From positions 1-44,241 of the forward strand of contig CAXUNZ010000005.1 of NCBI GenBank assembly GCA_964252525.1: DNA of 44,241 nt, written 5' to 3'. Below the pieces are notes generated by a model. That model worked only from the letters and a program-made list of their open reading frames with translations. It was not told where the DNA came from and made no database searches. How positions within the stretch are numbered: the first letter of the stretch is position 1; each line of letters starts with the position of its first letter. The DNA is from an uncultured Acetobacteraceae bacterium (lineage in GTDB: Bacteria; Pseudomonadota; Alphaproteobacteria; Acetobacterales; Acetobacteraceae). This document shows, piece after piece, positions 37,986-44,241 of the stretch. The translations under genes and the position numbers were made by a program.

Positions 37986-38015
37986 GGAGGCGGACCGCGG
38001 CTCGGTCCGACTCCG
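37986..38015. repeat. Intergenic stem-loop after the ThDP gene
   Basis: GGAGGCGGACCG-CGGCT-CGGTCCGACTCC; no U-tract. Confidence 0.45.
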
Positions 38016-38051
38016 CAAGACCGTTCAAGAAGAATACGGGGAGACTACGAG

Positions 38052-39305
38052 ATGGCTGAGACAAGACAGGCGGGAATCATTTCGGCAACATGGTTCTTCA
38101 TGCTCGTAAACAATCTCGGATCGAGCACGATGGGCTTTGCCGGGCCATCAATCATGAAGTCGCTGTCGATGACTCCTGGCAGCTTCGGGATTGTCCTGTC
38201 GTCGTTCGGGGTCGGTTATCTGCTGGCGCAGATACCCGGGGGACTGCTCGCCGATCGATGGGGCGCCAAGCCGCTTCTCGTCATCGGCCCGATCCTGTGG
38301 GCCTTGCTGACTGGTGCGACCGGACTTGTGGCAACGACGACCGGGTTCGTCACCGTGCGAGTCCTCTTCGGAGCTTCCGAAGGTCTCGCCGGAACCTCCA
38401 CCTTCAAGACCGTCGGCGAGAACTTCAGTTCAAAGCAGCGTGGCCGGGCGATGGCCATCTGCTCGACGGCCATTGCGGCAGCGCCGGCCTTCGGTGGCGC
38501 ACTCGTCAGCAAACTGGTGGACGGGTGGGGCTGGCGCACGATGTTTGTCATCATGATGGGACCGGCCGTGCTCGCGGCATTGATCAATTTCTTCCTGATA
38601 CCTGCAGATCGCCCGACCAGGAGCACCGTCCTGGCCGCAGGGTCCCCACAAAAGGATGCCTCGTTCAGTGAAGCGCTCCGCCGCCCCAGCTTCTGGCTTC
38701 TCGCAGTCGGACAGTTCTGCATCGGCACCGCTTACTGGGGCTATCGCGGCTGGATGCCAAGCTATCTGGCATTGACGCGCCACATCGACCTGAAATCTCT
38801 GGGATTGCTCAGCAGCACGCCGTACGTTTTCGCCTTCTTCGGCATGTTGCTGGCCGGATGGCTGGATGGAAAAGTGCTGTACCGGCATCGTCCTCAGTCG
38901 CTCGCCTGCTCCTGTCTTCTCGCAGGGTTGTTTCTTTTCCTGGCCTACCGGGCCGAAACCGTGCCCCTTTCCCTGGTTGGATTGTGCGGGACGGCGCTCT
39001 TTCTTTACGGCAACACCGGGCCGCTCACGGCATTCATGCTCGAGTTGGCGCCCGAAAAATCCCGTGCAGCCTATGTGGGGGGTGTGTTGACCGTGGGCTT
39101 GCTGGCGGGGATCATTGCACCGTTGTTGATCGGCTACCTTGTTTCCAGGACAGGTACCTTCGCCAGCGGTTTCGAACTCATGATCGCTGCGCTGTGCGTG
39201 ACCGCCGCTTGCATGCTTGTGCTCACCCGTTTCGTGCCCGCCATGCACACGCCGGAATTGGCGTATGCAGAGCCCACGGTCGCGGCCAAAGCCTTGCCGC
39301 CGTAA
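38052..39305 (+). CDS. MFS transporter, ACS-like (paralogue 2)
   Basis: FAGPSIMKSL, QIPGGLLADRWG, RVLFG.SEG, WMPSYL.L.RHI; collinear with 14130-15368; GGGGAG RBS. Confidence 0.9.
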   Translation: MAETRQAGIISATWFFMLVNNLGSSTMGFAGPSIMKSLSMTPGSFGIVLSSFGVGYLLAQIPGGLLADRWGAKPLLVIGPILWALLTGATGLVATTTGFVTVRVLFGASEGLAGTSTFKTVGENFSSKQRGRAMAICSTAIAAAPAFGGALVSKLVDGWGWRTMFVIMMGPAVLAALINFFLIPADRPTRSTVLAAGSPQKDASFSEALRRPSFWLLAVGQFCIGTAYWGYRGWMPSYLALTRHIDLKSLGLLSSTPYVFAFFGMLLAGWLDGKVLYRHRPQSLACSCLLAGLFLFLAYRAETVPLSLVGLCGTALFLYGNTGPLTAFMLELAPEKSRAAYVGGVLTVGLLAGIIAPLLIGYLVSRTGTFASGFELMIAALCVTAACMLVLTRFVPAMHTPELAYAEPTVAAKALPP

Positions 39306-39308
39306 CGT

Positions 39309-40727
39309 TCAGGAAGATTGCAGCTCGTCGATCTGAAACCCCAGGCGGCCGGCCCGCATGCGGATGCGCAACCCACGATGCCTCGCCAGGTATCGGATGA
39401 AAACGATTGCCGCAGCTAGACCCGACGCGGCAGCGATGCTCATGGCCCAACGCGGCCCGAACCTGTCTGCAACCCATCCGATGACCGGCGCGCCGATCGG
39501 CGTCCCGCCGCTGACCATCGCACTGCGGAAGGTGATGACACGGCCCCGCATCTGTGGCGCCGTGGACAGTTGCATCAAGCTGTTCGTAGCGTTTGTGAAC
39601 GTCAGCGCAGACGAACCAACGACAATGAGTGCCAAGCCAAACAGCCAGAAATTCGGCATGAGTGCCGCACACCCGCACGCCAACCCGAAGAACGCGGCGC
39701 CCGACAGCAGCTGCCCGACCTGAGGTCTGTCCCGCCTGGCGGAGAATAGGGCTCCGGCAACCGTTCCGATGGCGACGAAAGACATCAGGAGCCCATACCT
39801 GCTCGCCCCGGCATGGAACACGGTCACTGACATCGTGGATATGAAGATCGGAATGTTCAATCCGAACGTACCGATCAGGAAAAGCATGAGCAGGATTGCC
39901 TTGAGGTCCGGCCGCGCCCGGACGTAACGCACGCCCGCGGCAAAACCTGCCTGGATGCCGCTGTCTTTGTTCTGACGGTGTAATTCACCCACGCGAAGGC
40001 AGTATAGGGAGCACAAGACGGCGGCGAAGGAGATGGCGTTGACCAGGAACGCCCATCCGCAGCCCGCAGCGCCGATCATAGTGCCTGCTATGGCCGGGCC
40101 AACCATTCGCGCGACGTTGAACGATGTTGAATTGAGCGCAATTGCGTTGGGCAGATCGGCGTCACCAACCAGTTCGGAGACAAAGGTTTGGCGAAGCGGC
40201 GTGTCGAACGCCGTAACACAGCCGAGCAATGCCGCCGCGACGAAGACGTGCCATATCGTGACGAAGCCGCCGACCGTCAACACGCCCAATGCCAGGGCCA
40301 ATATTCCCAGTGCGGCCTGGGTTGCCATCAGCAGCTTTCGCTTATCGAAATTATCGGCCGCAGAACCGACCAACGGCAGGAAGACGAATTGCGGGGCAAA
40401 CTGCAAGGCCATGACCCACCCCAAGGTGGTCGCGTTGTGATGGGTCAATACGGTGAGAACCAGCCAATCCTGCGCGATGCGCTGCATCCACGTGCCGACA
40501 TTCGATACGATCGCACCTCCGGCCCAGACGCGGTAGTTGAAGACCTTGAGTGAGCGGAAGGCGCCTGCGTCGGGTTTCAAGTCCGGACTGCCGGCGATGT
40601 CGACAAATTGGCTGCGCGGATTTTTCGACTTAATTGATGACGGGGGCGCTGGGGGGGGGGCAGGCACTGCTCCCCCACTCCTTTCTGAGTGTGTTTTTGT
40701 GTGGGTTGGCAGGCGTTCAGGATTCAC
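39309..40727 (-). CDS. MFS transporter (DHA3/MFS_3-like)
   Basis: FRSL..FNYR.W.GG.IVSNVGTWMQR.AQDWLVL, AFD.P.RQ.FV.ELV, NA.ALNS.SFN.AR..GPA.AG, MRGRV. The true start may be about 40580. Confidence 0.9.
   Translation of the reverse strand: MNPERLPTHTKTHSERSGGAVPAPPPAPPSSIKSKNPRSQFVDIAGSPDLKPDAGAFRSLKVFNYRVWAGGAIVSNVGTWMQRIAQDWLVLTVLTHHNATTLGWVMALQFAPQFVFLPLVGSAADNFDKRKLLMATQAALGILALALGVLTVGGFVTIWHVFVAAALLGCVTAFDTPLRQTFVSELVGDADLPNAIALNSTSFNVARMVGPAIAGTMIGAAGCGWAFLVNAISFAAVLCSLYCLRVGELHRQNKDSGIQAGFAAGVRYVRARPDLKAILLMLFLIGTFGLNIPIFISTMSVTVFHAGASRYGLLMSFVAIGTVAGALFSARRDRPQVGQLLSGAAFFGLACGCAALMPNFWLFGLALIVVGSSALTFTNATNSLMQLSTAPQMRGRVITFRSAMVSGGTPIGAPVIGWVADRFGPRWAMSIAAASGLAAAIVFIRYLARHRGLRIRMRAGRLGFQIDELQSS
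40641..40680. repeat. REP-like hairpin unit with G10 tract
   Basis: CGGGGGCGCTGGGGGGGGGGCAGGCACTGCTCCCCCACTC; core CAGGCACTGCTCC is shared with 8921 and 27606. Confidence 0.55.
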
Positions 40728-41169
40728 CCAGTCGTTTAATCAACGCGATGGCCGCCTGGAGGGTCTGCTGTTCATCCGGACTGAGCTTTGCAATCGCCGT
40801 CGAGAGCCATTCCCGCTTTGCGTCGCTGCGCCGTCGTCTTGCCTCGATCCCCTCGGGCGTCAACGCAAACAGAATTTGCCGTCCATCTGTGGGGTGGGGA
40901 CGGCGCTGAACAAATCCATCCTGCTCTAGGCTGGCAAGAATCGTGCCCATGGATTGAGGTTTCATCGACTCCGCCCGTGCGAGATCGGAAGTTGTCATCC
41001 ACTGTCCCTTCTCAAGCCGTGCCAATGTTCCAAGCTGAGAAAGGTTGAGTTCGGTGGGCGTTGCCGCCGAGCGGAGCCGTCTTCGAAGCTGTCCGATCGC
41101 AAGCGAAAGATCGGTCACGATGGTTTGCAGTGTATCCGCTGCATCGGTGGTCGTCGTATGGTCCGTCAT
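40717..41169 (-). CDS. MarR-family transcriptional regulator
   Basis: L.LSQL..LARL, T.SDLARAE.MKPQSM..ILA.LE..G.V.R.PHPTDGRQ...ALT..G; 150 aa. Confidence 0.93.
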   Translation of the reverse strand: MTDHTTTTDAADTLQTIVTDLSLAIGQLRRRLRSAATPTELNLSQLGTLARLEKGQWMTTSDLARAESMKPQSMGTILASLEQDGFVQRRPHPTDGRQILFALTPEGIEARRRRSDAKREWLSTAIAKLSPDEQQTLQAAIALIKRLGES

Positions 41170-41212
41170 GCTCGGCGATCCGAATGCCTTATCAACAATT
41201 TGGCCACGAGGA

Positions 41213-42871
41213 TCAGTGCGCGCCCAACATGCGGTCCGGATCGAGCTTGACGTCTATTAGTAACGGGCGGCTGCGGGAGCTGATCGCCTTTTCGGCCGCA
41301 TCGAAGTCCCTATCCGACCTGATCGTCACGCCATGTCCCCCCAAAGCCACCGCAACGGGCGCGAAGTCGGGCCAGTCGAAGGCAATCATGCCGCCTGCCA
41401 TCTTCCTGTCCGGATATTTGTTGGCGAACTTGGAGACTTCGGCACCGTAGGCGGAGTTGTTGCAGACGACCACGATCAGGTCCAGGCGGTAACGTACGGC
41501 CGTGTTGAACTCGGTCAGCCCCCCATGCATGAAGCCCCCATCGCCTGTGACCAATACGACAGGCCGGCGGGGCGCAGCGATTGCGGCACCAATGGCGTGC
41601 GAGAGCCCAAGGCCGATCGAGCCCAAGTCGATAGCCGAAATAAATGATGGGGGTCCGGAGGTCGTCATCATCGTCCAGGCCTCACGCATGAAACGGCCCC
41701 CGTCGGTGACGACAATCCGGTCCGCCGGCAGGAGCTGGTCCAGGCGAAATAGCGAACCTTTGTAATCGACGGTTCCATTGTCATGCCCGAGCGAGCCACC
41801 TGCCTGGTAAATGTCTCGCGCGATCTTTTGCATGAGCTCTTCGGTGTAAGCGCCGGAGGACGGTATTTCTGCCTCGTTCAGCCAATTCTCGATGATGCCG
41901 GCCATGCCGCCAGGGTCGCCCACCACGGCCGCATCGGGCTGAATGGTCTTTCCCAGCTCGGAGGGCTCCTGGTTGACCTGCACCAGCCGCTTGCCCTTGA
42001 GGAACGTACCATTTGATGTCGTGTATTTGTTGAGGCTGGCACCAAATGAAATGACGCAGTCGCTTTCCAGAATGATCTCAACGGCGGCTGGTGTGCTCGC
42101 GGTGCCAAAGACGCCCAGGTTGAAATCCTCGCCACGGAAAAGGTCCTTGGCCTTGAGCGTTGTCGCCAGCGGTGCCTCGATGCGTTTGGCCAGGCTTACG
42201 ACTGCGGCGCGCGCCGCGGCTGAGGCCGCTCCACGCCCAGCAAGGACGACCGGGCGCCTGGCGGCGGCGATGAGGCCAATGGCATTGTCCAGCTCATCGC
42301 TGACCGAAACGACGGCACGGCTTTCAGGAAATCGCAGGCGAATGGGCTGGTAGCTGACCTCGGTCCAATCGAACTCGATGGGCACGTTGAGGGCGATCGG
42401 CCGACGTTCTGCGTGGGCTCTGCGCAACGCGGAGGTGACGTCCTGCACAACGGTCTTGGACGAGCGGACCTGCTCGAAACCCGCGCCGGCGGCAATGACG
42501 AATTCACGTTGGGAGACGTTTTGCGCGTGGCCGCTATCGACCACCGGCGTATCGCCGCAGAGCAGGACCATGGGCGCGGATGCCTTCACGCCCTGGACTA
42601 ATGCGGTCACGGTATTGACCATCGCCGGGCCATGAGTAACGCTGCATAATCCCACTTTCCCACAGGCGGCCGAGTAGCCCAGGGCCATCAGCGCCGAACC
42701 ATATTCGTGCGAGGCGGCCACGAACGCTCCGCCGCAATCGTGGACGAAGCTATCGGCCATGAACATGTTTGCGTCGCCAACCAAGCCGAAGATCGTGTCG
42801 CAGCCATTATCGAAAAGCGTGCGGGCGATGGCCTGGTGAAATTTCATGTTCGCGTTTGCTGGCGTCAGCAT
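41213..42871 (-). CDS. ThDP-dependent enzyme, ALS-like 'GDANM' subgroup (paralogue 2)
   Basis: DTIFGLVGDANMF, SHE, VTHGP, GSIGLGLSHAIGA, TGDGGFM..NNSAYGAE; collinear with 36316-37977. Start moved to ATG 42871 behind GGGAG. Confidence 0.9.
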   Translation of the reverse strand: MLTPANANMKFHQAIARTLFDNGCDTIFGLVGDANMFMADSFVHDCGGAFVAASHEYGSALMALGYSAACGKVGLCSVTHGPAMVNTVTALVQGVKASAPMVLLCGDTPVVDSGHAQNVSQREFVIAAGAGFEQVRSSKTVVQDVTSALRRAHAERRPIALNVPIEFDWTEVSYQPIRLRFPESRAVVSVSDELDNAIGLIAAARRPVVLAGRGAASAAARAAVVSLAKRIEAPLATTLKAKDLFRGEDFNLGVFGTASTPAAVEIILESDCVISFGASLNKYTTSNGTFLKGKRLVQVNQEPSELGKTIQPDAAVVGDPGGMAGIIENWLNEAEIPSSGAYTEELMQKIARDIYQAGGSLGHDNGTVDYKGSLFRLDQLLPADRIVVTDGGRFMREAWTMMTTSGPPSFISAIDLGSIGLGLSHAIGAAIAAPRRPVVLVTGDGGFMHGGLTEFNTAVRYRLDLIVVVCNNSAYGAEVSKFANKYPDRKMAGGMIAFDWPDFAPVAVALGGHGVTIRSDRDFDAAEKAISSRSRPLLIDVKLDPDRMLGAH

Positions 42872-42895
42872 TACTAAAACTCCCAGGTTTGTCGC

Positions 42896-42921
42896 AATGC
42901 TTGAAGTGACAGGCAAGCATT
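42896..42921. promoter_or_regulatory. Palindrome upstream of the ThDP2-marR-MFS operon (candidate operator)
   Basis: AATGCTTG-N10-CAAGCATT, about 25 bp upstream of the start codon. Confidence 0.45.
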
Positions 42922-43192
42922 AATACGAGTTTTGCCCTGCACTTGAGGGCGTAATCAAAGTGCGGAATGCTCGCAACCTCGCGAGGGCAATGCCTCGCCG
43001 GATGCGGTTACGATGATCCTTCACCGCCAATCAAACAGGCTGAGTTGAAGCCTGCAACCCAACTTGGAACGCTATCTGGTCAGGTTTCCTTCATTGTGCG
43101 GCGCCCCATAAAGCCGGCACATAGTTCCTGTCAAGGCTAATCAGATGGATGTTAGCTGTAGTTCGAACCAGTCAGTTAGCTTTATTGAGCAA

Positions 43193-43584
43193 TGAGGTGG
43201 ACCCGTTCGTCTGGACAGTCCGGCGACCCGGATAAGCTAATCCCTGTTGATCATCAGGCCGCCATCGTCGGACCTGCCGAATATAACCTCGTCCGGCGTG
43301 CGGCCGCCCAGCTTGGAAATGGGGACGGGCACTGTTGTAGTGCCCGATCCATGCCGAGAGCCCGGCACGCAGCTCGCCGCCCGTTTCGAACGCACGCAAA
43401 TAAACGCATTCGTATTTCAACAACCGCCAAAGCCGCTCGATGAACACATTGTCCATCCAGCGGCCGCTTTCGTCCATGCTGATCCGTATGCCGGCTGTCT
43501 CTAACACACCCGTAAAGCGCGAACTGGTAAATTGGCTGCCTTGATCGGTGTTGAACATTTCCGGCCGCCCATGACGCGCCAGTG
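43193..43584 (-). mobile_element. IS3-family remnant (OrfB 3' part plus terminal IR)
   Basis: GRPEMFNTDQGSQFTS, ISMD..GRWMDNVFIERLWR.LKYE, YN..RPH; end TGAGGTGGACCC...TGGACAG at 43193. Confidence 0.88.
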
Positions 43585-43615
43585 TGTCAATCGGCACGCA
43601 AAAGGGACCCCCTAT
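43585..43615. mobile_element. IS21-type terminal inverted repeat fragment
   Basis: TGTCAATCGGCACGCAAAAGGGACCCCCTAT resembles IS21-family ends; it sits between two IS3 remnants. Confidence 0.55.
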
Positions 43616-43972
43616 TGGAGTGTGCCCCTGGGGGTGGGCACTTTCAAGCGGTTGTTTTGACAGTCTGCTGGGCGTGTTGGCTTTCGAATTGCGTAGGGCT
43701 GAGATAGCCTAGGGCAGGATGTAATCGCTTCTCGTTGTAAACCTCGTCGATGAAGTGCGGAAGGTCGGCGGTCACAGCCTCGAAGGTTTCGTAGGCCGCC
43801 AGATAGACTGCTTCGACCTTCAGCGTCTTCATGAAGCTTTCTGCTTTGGCGTTATCGTAGGGGTTGCCGCGCCGGCTCATTGATCCGGTCAGGCCATAAG
43901 CCGCCAGCAGCGTACGGTAGGTTTCCGACGCATATTGCGAGCCACGATCCGAATGGTGGATGCACCCTGCAG
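43616..43972 (-). mobile_element. Second IS3-family remnant (integrase core 3' part plus IR)
   Basis: [54 protein letters not shown]; end TGGAGTGTGCCCC at 43616. Confidence 0.88.
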
Positions 43973-44225
43973 GCAAGGCCATCTGGCGATCTGGCGGGCT
44001 ATGCCGGCATCCTGCAGGCGGATGCCTATGGCGGCTACGGCAAGCTTTACGAAGCCGGGCGAAGTCCCAGCCCAATTTTGGAAGCAGGGTGTTGGGCGCA
44101 TGCGCGCCACAAATTCTTTGTATTGGCCGACGTTGAGTCCGCTGCGTGACGCCGCGCACAGAGCGGATGAACTGCTGCCATGGAACTGGCGGGCGCCAGA
44201 TACCGCGACACGCAAAGCCGCTTGA
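43973..44225 (+). pseudogene. tnpC: IS66-family TnpC remnant with large internal deletion
   Basis: [34 protein letters not shown] is joined almost directly to the C-terminal [12 protein letters not shown]. Confidence 0.85.
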
Positions 44226-44241
44226 TTACCGCCGCGGTGCT

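Noticed and set aside
1-44241. CRISPR array, tRNA/rRNA, prophage or defence system
   Set aside because: No regularly spaced repeats, structural RNA signatures or relevant protein motifs were seen.

Overview
GC-rich, probably alphaproteobacterial accessory region (host inferred from gene and IS style only). About 41 kb (2.2-43.2 kb) is a catabolic-type gene island bounded on both sides by decayed insertion sequences: IS66, IS21 and IS5 on the left; IS3, IS21, IS3 and IS66 on the right; plus one internal IS5 at 13.3-14.1 kb. Regulators and transport: IclR, MarR, a TonB-dependent receptor and three MFS transporters. Enzymes: three ThDP-dependent acetolactate-synthase-fold proteins, a fused indolepyruvate:ferredoxin oxidoreductase, an ACAD-fold protein, a CoA ligase, two crotonases, a 3-hydroxyacyl-CoA dehydrogenase, a BbsEF-like CoA-transferase pair, a double-hotdog dehydratase, an HMG-CoA lyase, a divergent SucCD pair, a LigI-like amidohydrolase, an HpcH aldolase, two aldo/keto reductases, three Cys-less isochorismatase-family proteins, a 2Fe-2S ferredoxin and three paralogous uncharacterised cupin-like proteins. 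Several enzymes lack their canonical catalytic residues, and a shared 16-bp operator-like palindrome recurs before most transcription units. Together this suggests a co-regulated, apparently undescribed degradation pathway whose substrate cannot be determined from sequence alone. No rRNA, tRNA or CRISPR array was seen.
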